Shown: positions 28,317-38,674 of the stretch, in pieces | How positions within the stretch are numbered: position 1 is the first letter of the stretch | Layout of the letters: the number at the start of each line of letters is the position of its first letter | NCBI GenBank assembly: GCA_948852945.1 | Contig: CAQPBJ010000008.1 | Coordinates: 7,470 to 71,469 of the forward strand | Direction: 5' to 3' | Source of the DNA: an uncultured Clostridia bacterium | GTDB taxonomy: Bacteria; Bacillota; Clostridia; TANB77; CAG-508 | Length of the DNA: 64,000 nt | Notes under the pieces: generated by a model | Seen by the model: only the letters and a program-made list of their open reading frames with translations | What the model was told of the DNA's origin: nothing | Databases searched by the model: none | Made by a program: the position numbers and the translations under genes

Positions 28317-30179
28317 CTATTTTATTCTTAAAGTTTTCATTGAATTAAGTATTGCTATTATTGAAACTCCTACATCTGCAAAAACCGCAAGCCACATATT
28401 AGCATATCCCATCGCTCCCAAAATCAAAACCGCTATTTTAATTACAAGAGCAAAAATAATATTTTGTTTTACAATTTTCATAGTTGCTTTAGAAATTCTA
28501 ATTGCTTGAGCAATTTTAGTAAGTTCATCAGTCATAATAACAACATCAGCAGCTTCAATAGCAGCATCAGCCCCTATTCCTCCCATTGCAATACCTACAT
28601 CAGCTCTAGCTAAACACGGACTATCATTAATACCATCACCAACAAAAATAACGCTCTGCTTTTTCTTTTTTAATTTCAAAATTTCTTCTAATTTTTCTAA
28701 CTTTTGTTCAGGTAATAAATTTCCAAAACAATTTTCTATACCAACTTCGTTTGCAATTTGTTTAGCAATTTTTTCTTCATCACCTGTTAAAATATAAGAT
28801 CCTTTTACTTTTGCTTTAGTTAAATCAAATATTGCTTCTTTAGCTTCTTTTTTTACTGTATCAGATATTAATATACAGCCTTTATACGTTCCTTCTATAG
28901 CAACATATATAACAGTTCCTGGATTAGCAATTTCTTTAAATTTAATATTATTTTCTTTTAATAGTTTAGCATTTCCAACTAATGTTTCTTTAAAGAATAT
29001 TTTAGCTTTTATTCCTTTGCCTGAAATTTCTTCTAAATTTTCAATCTTTTTATCATCATATTTCCCTGTATATTTATTTTTAATAGAAAGAGCTATTGGG
29101 TGATTAGAAAATTTTTCTGCATGTGCTGCAATCCTTATAAGTTCTTGCTCTGAAATATCAACAGACACTACAGTTTGAATTTCAAAAACACCTTTAGTAA
29201 TAGTTCCAGTTTTATCAAATGCTATATATTTAGCTTTTGATAAAGCTTCTAAATAATTACTTCCTTTAATTAAAATACCATTTTTAGATGCTCCTCCGAT
29301 TCCTCCAAAAAATCCTAATGGCACTGAAATTACTAGAGCACATGGACATGAAATAACTAAAAATGTTAGTGATCTATAAAGCCATTCTGAAAATTCTTGA
29401 TTAAAAATAAAAGGAGGTACAATAGCTAATGCTAAAGCCAAAAAGCAAACTATTGGTGTGTAATATTTAGCAAACTTAGTAATAAATTTTTCTGTTTTAG
29501 CTTTTTTAGATGTTGCATCTTCAACTAATTCTAATATCTTTGAAACAGTTGAATCTTCAAACTTTTTCATAACTTTAGCTTCAACGACTTTATTTAAATT
29601 TATTGTTCCACTATAAATAATTTCTTGTGGTCCTATTGTTTTTGGAACAGGCTCTCCTGTAATAGTTTTAGTATCAAAACTTGATTTTCCTGTTATAATT
29701 CTAGCATCAACAGGAACTTTTTCTCCTGGCTTTATAACTATAGTTTCACCAATTTTTATTTCTTCTGGCTTTACTGAAATTAATTCATTGTTTCGATATA
29801 CATTAGCAGTTTCTGGTTTTATTTGCATTAATTCCTTTATTGCATCTCTAGATTTTCCAACAGCAATAGATTGAAATTCCTCACCTATCTGATATAAAAG
29901 CATTACTGCTATTGCCTCAGGAAATTCTCCTATTACTAGAGCTCCTACTGTTGCAATCATCATAAGGAAATTCTCATCAAATATATTTCCTCTAAATATA
30001 TTTCTTATTGCTTTATTTAAAATATCAATTCCTATTATAAAATAAGATATAAGAAATGATATTACAGATATTAATTTCATTTCATATATACAATTTTCAA
30101 TTTTCATAAATTGAAAAATCACACCTAAAATTGCAAATATAACAGAAAACATAAATCTTATTTTAAAACTTTTTTTCAT
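28317..30179 (-). CDS. cadA: heavy-metal (Cd/Zn-type) translocating P-type ATPase
   Basis: Motifs SCPCALV, DKTGTIT and GDGINDSP. No fused N-terminal HMA domain. Confidence 0.9.
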   Translation of the reverse strand: MKKSFKIRFMFSVIFAILGVIFQFMKIENCIYEMKLISVISFLISYFIIGIDILNKAIRNIFRGNIFDENFLMMIATVGALVIGEFPEAIAVMLLYQIGEEFQSIAVGKSRDAIKELMQIKPETANVYRNNELISVKPEEIKIGETIVIKPGEKVPVDARIITGKSSFDTKTITGEPVPKTIGPQEIIYSGTINLNKVVEAKVMKKFEDSTVSKILELVEDATSKKAKTEKFITKFAKYYTPIVCFLALALAIVPPFIFNQEFSEWLYRSLTFLVISCPCALVISVPLGFFGGIGGASKNGILIKGSNYLEALSKAKYIAFDKTGTITKGVFEIQTVVSVDISEQELIRIAAHAEKFSNHPIALSIKNKYTGKYDDKKIENLEEISGKGIKAKIFFKETLVGNAKLLKENNIKFKEIANPGTVIYVAIEGTYKGCILISDTVKKEAKEAIFDLTKAKVKGSYILTGDEEKIAKQIANEVGIENCFGNLLPEQKLEKLEEILKLKKKKQSVIFVGDGINDSPCLARADVGIAMGGIGADAAIEAADVVIMTDELTKIAQAIRISKATMKIVKQNIIFALVIKIAVLILGAMGYANMWLAVFADVGVSIIAILNSMKTLRIK

Positions 30180-30188
30180 TTTCTCCTC

Positions 30189-30413
30189 CTAGCTTAGTTT
30201 AGCATCTGGCTCCATTTTGGCTACGATTTTCTTAACTTCATTCATTACTTCTTCTACTTCTTTTTCATCTGAAGATTTAAATTCAATTGATAGTTTTGAT
30301 GTCATAAAGTTAAGTGTTGCTTCTTCAATTTCCTTAATCTTATTTATTTTGTCTTCTATTTTTGCTGCACAATTAGCACAATCTATCCCCTCAATCTTAT
30401 ATACTTTTTTCAT
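30189..30413 (-). CDS. heavy-metal-associated (HMA) domain protein
   Basis: GIDCANCAAKIE metal-binding motif. Length 74 aa. Confidence 0.8.
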   Translation of the reverse strand: MKKVYKIEGIDCANCAAKIEDKINKIKEIEEATLNFMTSKLSIEFKSSDEKEVEEVMNEVKKIVAKMEPDAKLS

Positions 30414-30779
30414 CTACTTTACCTCTCTTTCTTTTATTTCAAGAACATGATCTAAAGCTTTTTCAAAAATATCTTTAACATGATCATCGTCTATAGAATA
30501 AATAACCATTTTTCCATCTTTTCTGTTCTTCACTAAATTAGCATCTCTTAATGTCTTTAATTGGTGAGAAATAGCTGATTTTGTCATTCCTAATAATACA
30601 GCTAAATCGCAAACACACATATCACTCTTATCTAACGCCCACATGATTTTAGCTCTAGTACTATCACCCAATATTTTAAAAAAATCTGAAACATCAAATA
30701 AAATATCTTCTTTTAACATCTGCGATTTTACATTTTCAATAATATCTTCATGTAAAACTTCACAATCAAATTCTTCCAT
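30414..30779 (-). CDS. ArsR/SmtB family metalloregulator (CadC-like)
   Basis: LGDSTRAKIMWAL...CVCDLA...SHQLKTLR. The ATG at 30779 follows GGAGG. The longer track ORF would run through the promoter and operator. Confidence 0.8.
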   Translation of the reverse strand: MEEFDCEVLHEDIIENVKSQMLKEDILFDVSDFFKILGDSTRAKIMWALDKSDMCVCDLAVLLGMTKSAISHQLKTLRDANLVKNRKDGKMVIYSIDDDHVKDIFEKALDHVLEIKEREVK

Positions 30780-30793
30780 ATAACCTCCTATAT

Positions 30794-30851
30794 AGTTGAA
30801 CAACCATTCAACTATATTTATATTATAATTGAATGGTTGCTCAACTGTCAA
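30794..30851 (-). promoter_or_regulatory. sigma-A type promoter with overlapping 18-bp inverted-repeat operator of the cad operon
   Basis: On the minus strand, TTGACA (30851-30846) is followed by an 18-nt spacer and TATAAT (30827-30822). Half-sites agttgaacaaccattcaa (30794-30811) and ttgaatggttgctcaact (30829-30846) are inverted with one mismatch. Confidence 0.6.
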
Positions 30852-30869
30852 TATATATTATGAAAAATT

Positions 30870-31482
30870 TTAATTATTTGTTAATATTTTTATTGTATAG
30901 TAAAAATATTTGGTTGTTCCGTCTACTTCATATGAAATAGCATATTTATAATAAACATCTCTAGTCAACTTAGATAAATCAATCATTGCTGCAAAATAGC
31001 ATTCTGAAGTTTCTCCACTAGCTAATGTTGTATTTGATATCTTAGGCCCAGGGTATAAAATTGCATTATTAAAGTTAGATACTTCTACCTCTTCTGCCCT
31101 TCCACTTTCAAAAGTCTTTCCGTTGACTAGAATTATTCTTTAATGTATAAGCTACATTTATATTACAATACTGTGTACTACTTGCGTTATTTCCTTTTCT
31201 AAGAGTAGTAGTCAAAGTATTGTCGACATACTCATCTGAAACAAATTCTAATTCCTTGTTATAAATTCCAGTTATATTTGTATATACCTTTTCACCCTTA
31301 GGAAGAGCAATAACTTCAAGCTTATCTGATTTAGCTTTTAAATTAACTTTTCCATAAATATTTAGTTTAGACCCCAAAAGAGAATATCCTATATTCATGG
31401 CAAACATAGTTGCAACAGCAACTATTATAATTACTGCAACACTTATAGAATATTTCTTCTTTAATTTGTATTTTTTCTTCAT
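30870..31482 (-). pseudogene. TasA/camelysin-like secreted protein, interrupted by a frameshift
   Basis: The 124-aa ORF ends at TGA 31108-31110. A second frame is open from 31139 to the stop at 30870-30872 (89 codons, no start codon) and overlaps the first by about 30 nt. The signal region ...GYSLLGSKLNIYGKVN resembles that of the 33754..34287 protein. Confidence 0.55.
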
Positions 31483-31487
31483 ATTTC

Positions 31488-32546
31488 CTATCTCTTTAAT
31501 ATATATCTATAAAGTATTTTGTCACCTATAACACAAAACCAACTTTCTTCTAAGTTTTCATTGTTCCAATATAAAATTGGTTTAGATAATTCTTCTGATA
31601 ATTTTATTACTTCATTAAAATCAATAACATCTATTAAATTCTGTCTATCAGTATCTATCTTATCATTAACTTCTACAATTTTTTCTTCACATTCTTTTAA
31701 AATTCTATTAAGTTCAATTTTATATTCATTTTTTATAACATTATTATCTACTGTTTTTATTTTTAATACTAATATTAAAATAATAGCTATTATTAATACT
31801 ATTGTTGCAACTGTTCTTTTAACTTCTGACAATTGATCTACCGTCTGACTCTTCTTAGTAATAATCTGTGGTTTTGATGATTCTTCAGTAGTAGTTTTTA
31901 ATTTTGTAGTTTTAGGTCCAATTTCAAAAACTAAATTTGGTGAATATACATTTAATACTTCTTGTCCCATAATATTAGTTTTTGACATTACTTCTAATAC
32001 AACTGTATATGTCGTATCTACTTGCATTCCAACTTCTTGTTGAAAATTTTTAATCATTTGTATTTTATCTTTAATATTTAGTTCAAAACTTTCTGAAATT
32101 TCTATATCTTTTGAATTAACCGTAAAATCTTTATTTTCTACTAATACTTCTGTATTCTTAAAAACCCTTTGTTCTTCTCCATCTTTAACATAAACAGATT
32201 CTAAATTTCCTACAATTTTATAGCTATAAGAAATATCTGATACCTGGTTTGCATTATATAAATATGTCATATTTATATTAGCTACATCCATTAAATTCGT
32301 AATATATACATTTTTATCGCCAATATTTTTTTCAGTAACATACCCATTTTCTAGCATGGATACATCATATGAATACAAATATTTATTAGTATATTCATAT
32401 ATATTTTCATTTACAAATTTCTTTTTATTTTCTGAATTAAACGAATCATATAAAGTAACCATTGCAACAACTATGCTCACTAAAAGTAATACAAAGATAG
32501 TTTTACGTACAGATTTTCTTATTCTTATCTTTTGCATTTTTTTCAT
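31488..32546 (-). CDS. hypothetical bitopic membrane protein
   Basis: An N-terminal TM helix and a second TM near residue 245, sitting between the peptidase gene and the TasA-like gene. Confidence 0.6.
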   Translation of the reverse strand: MKKMQKIRIRKSVRKTIFVLLLVSIVVAMVTLYDSFNSENKKKFVNENIYEYTNKYLYSYDVSMLENGYVTEKNIGDKNVYITNLMDVANINMTYLYNANQVSDISYSYKIVGNLESVYVKDGEEQRVFKNTEVLVENKDFTVNSKDIEISESFELNIKDKIQMIKNFQQEVGMQVDTTYTVVLEVMSKTNIMGQEVLNVYSPNLVFEIGPKTTKLKTTTEESSKPQIITKKSQTVDQLSEVKRTVATIVLIIAIILILVLKIKTVDNNVIKNEYKIELNRILKECEEKIVEVNDKIDTDRQNLIDVIDFNEVIKLSEELSKPILYWNNENLEESWFCVIGDKILYRYILKR

Positions 32547-32550
32547 TTGT

Positions 32551-33726
32551 TTATTTTCCCTTCTCTATGCTTCCAGTATCCGGTTTTTCTTTTAGATTTA
32601 TTCTACTAAAAAATACTGCTGGATATCCAATATACTTTATACTAAAAATTTCTTTTGCTAACACTTGTGTTTCACTAACAGGCTCTTTATCGGGCATTCT
32701 ATTATTGTCCCCTTTAGTTATAAATAATTTTTTTCCCTGTTCCTCATATTTTGAAATTACTCGATGTACTACTGTGAAATTATCTTTCTGATATTGAATA
32801 ATATCTCCAACCTCAATATCAACAGGTTTACATTTTTTTAAGATTACAATATCTCCAACCGAAATTGTTTTTTCCATACTCCCTGAAGCTATTGCAACTG
32901 GTTTTATTGGAAAAATCCCCATACCAAACCATAAAAATAGTATAACTAATGCTACTGCAGGAATAAGCGTTCTAGGATTTGCTGTTTCTTCCTCTTTATT
33001 GTTCTTGCTTATTTCCTTCTTCTTTTTTATATATCTAATGTTAACAACAAGCATAATTGGTATAACTGTATCTACTACTGTAACAATTATCCATGGTACT
33101 TTAGGCAATATTGGCATTATAAGCCAATAAGCAATTGTAATTGTTCTATAGTATACTGCTGGCTTCCACGTTTTATTAATAGCCATATATGTACACACAA
33201 TATTCACCGCTATTATTGGTAATATATCTGCGAAAAATATTTTTATTAAATTAATCGTATTAGATGTATCAAGTATACCAATATCTATCAAAATAAAAAT
33301 AATACATGATAAAATTGCAATAAATTTTTTATCTTTCTCATAAACATTATTTATTAATCTATATCTTACATACTCTTTAACAACTATTGGAAATATATAT
33401 ACTATACAATTTATTAAAATGCCTTTAATTCCTAGAGAATATGGATTCTTTCCCACGTCCAAAAAGAAGTCTGACAATATATAAATTCCTACATAAACTA
33501 AACTGGCAATCAAAGAATATTCTGTAATTTCTTTTTTCAATCTAGTATTTGTAGGGGATTTTGCAAATAATATATTTAATAAAACTATGCACATAAACCA
33601 AAATAGCGGATTAACAATAGAGTAATAGATTAAACCATAACTTACTAAACTGTAATTCGCTATAATGGAATATATAACCAATATTGCAAGTATCAAGACT
33701 GTAGTTTTTCTTGACTTTTGTAACAT
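32551..33726 (-). CDS. SipW/ER-type signal peptidase I fused to an N-terminal polytopic membrane domain
   Basis: C-terminal SGSMEKT...VHRV...TKGDNN motifs. They are preceded by about 250 aa containing roughly eight hydrophobic helices. Confidence 0.75.
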   Translation of the reverse strand: MLQKSRKTTVLILAILVIYSIIANYSLVSYGLIYYSIVNPLFWFMCIVLLNILFAKSPTNTRLKKEITEYSLIASLVYVGIYILSDFFLDVGKNPYSLGIKGILINCIVYIFPIVVKEYVRYRLINNVYEKDKKFIAILSCIIFILIDIGILDTSNTINLIKIFFADILPIIAVNIVCTYMAINKTWKPAVYYRTITIAYWLIMPILPKVPWIIVTVVDTVIPIMLVVNIRYIKKKKEISKNNKEEETANPRTLIPAVALVILFLWFGMGIFPIKPVAIASGSMEKTISVGDIVILKKCKPVDIEVGDIIQYQKDNFTVVHRVISKYEEQGKKLFITKGDNNRMPDKEPVSETQVLAKEIFSIKYIGYPAVFFSRINLKEKPDTGSIEKGK

Positions 33727-33753
33727 TTTTTTCTCACTTTATTTTAATTAGTT

Positions 33754-34287
33754 CTATGAAGCTTTTCCTGTAAACTCTTCTGTAGCTTGTTCATAATCTA
33801 ATTCAATATCAAACTCTGCACTTGCTGATTCTTTCACAGAGTCTTTTCTCCATTTTACTGTGAAAGTAATTGATGTAGATTCACTAGGTTGTAATACTTC
33901 TACTCCAGAAATATCAAGATTTGGAATCAACACTTCGATATCATCATTAGAAAAAGCAGTAGTAGTTCCTCTATTGTAAAGATTAAATCCTGTTAATTTA
34001 GCTGGAATACTTCCATTATTTTTTACTGTAGCTGTAACATAGCATCCATCACCAGGATATGATAAATCTATGTCAACTGTCATCTTTGTTGTATCTGCTG
34101 CATTTACTACAGCTCTTCCGTGTTCTGAAGTAGAAACTACACCATTAGTAAATACGACCTCAAAATTTCCAGAAGCATTAGCCCTTCCAGATATATTTAA
34201 TACTCCACTAAAAGAAGCATATGCAACAGCTAGTCCAAGTACGGCAACTATTAGTACTATTACAAGTAATTTTGATTTGTTCTTCAT
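33754..34287 (-). CDS. TasA/camelysin-like secreted protein with SipW-type signal region
   Basis: The ATG at 34287 follows GGGGG. Signal peptide ...AVAYASFSGVLNISGRANA. Motifs PGD and NNGS and a beta-rich body. Confidence 0.65.
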   Translation of the reverse strand: MKNKSKLLVIVLIVAVLGLAVAYASFSGVLNISGRANASGNFEVVFTNGVVSTSEHGRAVVNAADTTKMTVDIDLSYPGDGCYVTATVKNNGSIPAKLTGFNLYNRGTTTAFSNDDIEVLIPNLDISGVEVLQPSESTSITFTVKWRKDSVKESASAEFDIELDYEQATEEFTGKAS

Positions 34288-34480
34288 ATTTTCCCCCTTA
34301 TAAATACATATTTGATGTGAACAGTATATCATATAAAATATTTTTTTGAATACTTTTTCATTTACATTTTTGTTACTTTTTATTTTCTTTTGTATTACTT
34401 TTAACTTTACTGCATATTTTTAAGGATTTATATGCTATAATGCTATTAATTATTTTTATATGTAAATGGAGATAATACAA

Positions 34481-35464
34481 ATGAATTTAGAAAATACTAA
34501 AGACTTAAAACTCTTCTTTTCAGAGGAAAATCTAGAATTTTTAAAAAATATTAATACTGAATTATCGAAAATCGAAAATTTAATTGAAAAAGGTCAAATC
34601 AAAGAAGAAAAATACTCACTTTTTATTAACGCTCTTACTGCTAAAGACTTCTCTAATACTAATAAAGAATACTTTTTAGATATTCAACATACTTATTCAT
34701 TGATTAAGCAAAATCAAGAGGATTTAAAAAATCTTAAAAATTTTCTTTCTCGTATTAGCACTAAATTACTATCTTTAGTTTTAAATAATTGTCAACCTGA
34801 AGAAACTACTCATTTAATAAATGAAATTAACTCTAATCTAAATCAATATATAGAGTTATTGGAAGAAATCAAAAAATCTTTTGTGGCAAATAACATATCT
34901 ATAAATACAATTGATTCTTATCATTCTACTAAGCTTTTACTTACAACTTTTGAAATGGATTTAGGAGAAAAATTAGATGAAACAATATCTCTTGTTTCAC
35001 CTAATACTACTAATAAAATAGATACTTCTTATTCTGATATTGTTGGAACTACTGAAAATAAAACTCTAATAATATCTGAAAAAGAACAAAAAGTGTATCT
35101 ACCTTATAAAAAATCTGAATTAAAAGCATATATGTCACAATATCCTACATCATATTATTCATATAAAAACGTTATAGAAAAGGAATTTATATTACCACTA
35201 GACTTTTTTATAAGTAATCCTTCTATAGCTAGATTTAGAGAAACTTACAGCTTATATCGTGATCGTGAAGCTTCATCAACATTTGATGCTTTCAAACAGG
35301 CTATAAACCTAGCTTTTAAATCAGAGTTAAATCCTGCAATAATAGCTGCTTGTAAAACAAAAAAACAATTGAATAATTATTTACTTTGTTTATCTGAAAA
35401 TAAACTAGATGATTTTACAGATTTCGAAATACTTTATGATATAAATCCACAAACGGCTAATTAA
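34481..35464 (+). CDS. hypothetical protein
   Basis: The ORF track begins at 34466. The ATG at 34481 has a GGAG 9 nt upstream. Coiled, Asn/Lys-rich sequence with no motif recognised. Confidence 0.55.
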   Translation: MNLENTKDLKLFFSEENLEFLKNINTELSKIENLIEKGQIKEEKYSLFINALTAKDFSNTNKEYFLDIQHTYSLIKQNQEDLKNLKNFLSRISTKLLSLVLNNCQPEETTHLINEINSNLNQYIELLEEIKKSFVANNISINTIDSYHSTKLLLTTFEMDLGEKLDETISLVSPNTTNKIDTSYSDIVGTTENKTLIISEKEQKVYLPYKKSELKAYMSQYPTSYYSYKNVIEKEFILPLDFFISNPSIARFRETYSLYRDREASSTFDAFKQAINLAFKSELNPAIIAACKTKKQLNNYLLCLSENKLDDFTDFEILYDINPQTAN

Positions 35465-35470
35465 TATATT

Positions 35471-35792
35471 AAATACTGCCAGTTCAATGCTCTTTTAGAG
35501 AGTAAGTAAAAAATATTAATTTAAAAAAACATAAAATAATTATAAATAAAATAATGTATAGTTTTCAAAATTTTGCTCTTCGCAATCTCCGAATAAAAAA
35601 CTCCGTTTTTATATTGTAGATTGCTCAAATTCGCACTTCGATAAACTTTGTTTATCTACGTTTGGTCGCTAGCGCAATTTTAAAAACTATACATTATTTT
35701 ATTTATTATTTTCTTTACTTATATTTTTATATTAAAAGGCTATTCTTAATTAAATACTTACTCTCTAAAAGAGCATTGAACTGGCAATATTT
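35471..35792 (+). repeat. nested-palindrome intergenic element, copy B (core about 35574-35681)
   Basis: 38-bp outer arms 35471-35508 / 35755-35792 with one mismatch. Same core as copies A and C. Confidence 0.85.
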
Positions 35793-35798
35793 GTTCTA

Positions 35799-37251
35799 TT
35801 ACAATTTTACATATACTGATGCAGTACCTCCTGAAACTTGAAAAACACCAAAACCTTCTTCATCAATTTCAATTTCTTCTTCTCTATGTCCTAGTGCATC
35901 AACAAATTTTTCACCAGCAAAATTTGTTCCAACATACATTCTCTTACAGCCATCATATTTATCAGAAATTATTACAGCTAAACCAGACTTATTATGTTCC
36001 TCATTTCCAAGTCTAGTAAAGCCAACTATATTATAATCATCAAAATAATCAACTTGTTCTCCATAAGCCTTATCTTTTCTAAGAAGTAATAATGTTTTTA
36101 AACTTTCCATTGGTTCTATCCCATCATGTTCTATTCCATAATAATCACCATAAAAAACACAAGGATATCCTTCTTTTCTCAAAAGAATTATTGAATACGC
36201 AATCTCTTTAAACCACATAGGAATCCATGATTCAAGAGCTTGTCCGTGGTTGAGTATCATGATTATCTACAAAAGTAACTGCTCTGCCCCAATTTTCTTT
36301 TAGCAATGTATTATCTAATATTTTAGACATGTCATATTCTCCATTTGAATTAGCCGCATGATAAAAATTATAATGTAATGGTACATCAAATAAAGACATT
36401 CCTCCTTCGGTCATATCAATGTATTTTTTTAATTCATTTATATTAGCATTCCAATATTCACCAACACAAAATAGCTCCCTAGTAGATTTTTCTCTCATTT
36501 GTTTTACAAACTTTTTCATAAATTCTGCATCTATATGTTTAACAGCATCAAATCTTAATCCATCTACATCTGTCATTTCTAAATACCATTTTCCCCATTT
36601 AATGCATTCATCTACTACTTCTTGATTATCAAAATCTATATCTGCTCCCATTAAATAATCAAAATTTCCATGTTCTCCATCAACATTCATTTGCCATGTT
36701 TTATTTTTTAATTTATATAAAGCAACTTCTTTAGTTCTCGAATTATAGTCTATTCCTGTAAAATGTGTCCAATTCCATTCAAAATCTGAATATTTATGAT
36801 CTCTTCCTGGAAAAGTAAACTTAGTCCATACTTCAACAGTTTCTTCTTCTCCGTTTTCTTGAACTCTATTTTCCCAATCACACTTAACAGCTTTAATAGT
36901 TTGTAATTTATCAGCACCCATTTTATGATTTAACACAACATCAGCATACACATCAATTCCTTGTTGCTGAAGTGCTTTAATAGCTAATAAATATTCATCT
37001 TTAGTTCCATATTTAGTAGCTATTGATCCTTTTTGCTCAAACTCTCCTAAATCATATAAATCGTATACCCCATATCCAACTTCTTTTTCTCCTCCACATC
37101 CTTTATATGCTGGTGGTAGCCAAATGGCAGTAATACCATATTTAGCGATATCTTCAACTCTTTTACCAACTGTATTCCACAAATTTTTATTGCAATTTAA
37201 ATACCATTCAAAATATTGCATCATTACTCCATTGATTTCTTTGTTCATCAT
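35799..37251 (-). pseudogene. cytoplasmic GH13 alpha-amylase, split by a 1-nt insertion
   Basis: Motifs GITAIWLPPAYKG, DVVLNHK, GLRFDAVKHI and FVDNHDTQP, then R-T-S-S-stop. The other frame continues GQALESW...GYPCVFYGDYYG. An extra base near 36246 causes the shift. Confidence 0.8.
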
Positions 37252-37261
37252 TTCCCCCTTA

Positions 37262-37792
37262 TTACTCAGCATTTTTTATTTCTTGTATTTTTTCATTTTT
37301 TTGAAGTTCTGGCTCTAAAAATTTAAAACATTTTTTATTTTTATCCATAACCTTTATTCCAACATCTAAATCATTTCTCATTCTTTTACTAGCATATTTT
37401 ACAATAATTGGCTTATCCTCAATTGCTTTCATAACAACATCTTTATCATCTCTCATTTCAGGAGATGCAAAATATAAAATCTGACCAGATTTTTCTAATC
37501 CTGCAAGCAATAATTCTTTATCATTCTTTAAACTTTCATCAACATAACAGTATGTCCATCCTAACTTGCTAACAGATTCATATACAATTTCTCTATCTTT
37601 TTTTAAATCAAAGCTTGCAAATTCTAAGGCTTCTGGATTATTTTTAACCGCAGCTAATACAACTTCTCTATCATTATGGAAATTATCATCTGCAAATTCT
37701 AGCAATTTTCCATTTTCATTTACTGTTTTTAAAACATATTCTCTATTACTAGCATTTTCTTTCATTGCTGTTATTTCTGGTGCCTCTGGCAT
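37262..37792 (-). CDS. DUF4116-like repeat protein
   Basis: Repeated units of the form ...ALEFASFDLKKDREIV..., ...LYFASPEMRDDKDVV... and ...VKYASKRMRNDLDV... Confidence 0.6.
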   Translation of the reverse strand: MPEAPEITAMKENASNREYVLKTVNENGKLLEFADDNFHNDREVVLAAVKNNPEALEFASFDLKKDREIVYESVSKLGWTYCYVDESLKNDKELLLAGLEKSGQILYFASPEMRDDKDVVMKAIEDKPIIVKYASKRMRNDLDVGIKVMDKNKKCFKFLEPELQKNEKIQEIKNAE

Positions 37793-37825
37793 TTTTCTTC
37801 ACATCCTTTATTTATTATAAAATAT

Positions 37826-37854
37826 AAGTCGCATATATTTCTACATGCGACTTA
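37826..37854 (-). terminator. hairpin terminator
   Basis: taagtcgcat (37826-37835) pairs with atgcgactta (37845-37854). Confidence 0.6.
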
Positions 37855-37881
37855 CGATTCAAATTATTGCATTCATAAGAT

Positions 37882-38514
37882 TTATTTTTCTGTTTGACCT
37901 ATAGCTGGCCTTCCATTATTAGAAAAGACATAATTTTCATAATAAGTATATCCCCATCCCCAAAAATCCTCTTCTTCTGTTTCTTTAGCATAAATTATAT
38001 GATTATTAAAATCTAATTTTTGATTTTGACATAATGGATATTTGGTTGTATCTATTGTATATGACCAGCTCATACGTATTATATCATCTACCGTTATATC
38101 TGACATTAATTTATATTTAAAGTTATAATTTTCTGTATCCTTTAATGAAATTTCTCTATCTTTAGTTTCATTCCTACTTTGAGAGGCATCTGATATATAC
38201 CAAATGTCTACTTGATACACATAAAATCTTCCAGATGGATTATTAAAAAATTTAAAAGCATCACCATTAAAAATATAAATCTCATGATCTACTGGTCCTG
38301 TCAGATCTGGAACATCAGGATTTGTTCCACCGCCTTCTACAGGATATTGTTTATCACCTGATTCATATATAGCTTTAACCTTAGCTAAAGCATTATATTG
38401 CACTTTTAAGTTTCTATTTGCTATTACAAATCTTCCAGCAATAATAGCAAGTAAGAAAAAAACTGCAACTAGAACATAAACTGTTATAGATCCTTTTTCA
38501 TTTCTAAAGTTCAT
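37882..38514 (-). CDS. hypothetical protein with pseudopilin/PilX-N-like hydrophobic N-terminus
   Basis: N-terminus NEKGSITVYVLVAVFFLLAII. No other pilus genes lie nearby. Confidence 0.5.
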   Translation of the reverse strand: MNFRNEKGSITVYVLVAVFFLLAIIAGRFVIANRNLKVQYNALAKVKAIYESGDKQYPVEGGGTNPDVPDLTGPVDHEIYIFNGDAFKFFNNPSGRFYVYQVDIWYISDASQSRNETKDREISLKDTENYNFKYKLMSDITVDDIIRMSWSYTIDTTKYPLCQNQKLDFNNHIIYAKETEEEDFWGWGYTYYENYVFSNNGRPAIGQTEK

Positions 38515-38674
38515 ATATTTTACCTCAAAATTATTTTTATCGACACAATCTCACTTATATAAAACATTTTATATATAACTATACAAAAAATCAATAACTA
38601 TAATATAACGTTTTAGTTACAAATGCCCCAATAACACGCTTATTAAACATTTAAATATCCTGAAAACTTTCCTA

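Noticed and set aside
30780-30851. A 24-codon N-terminal extension of the CadC-like ORF.
   Set aside because: The extension covers the TTGACA/TATAAT promoter, the inverted-repeat operator and the GGAGG RBS of the ATG at 30779.
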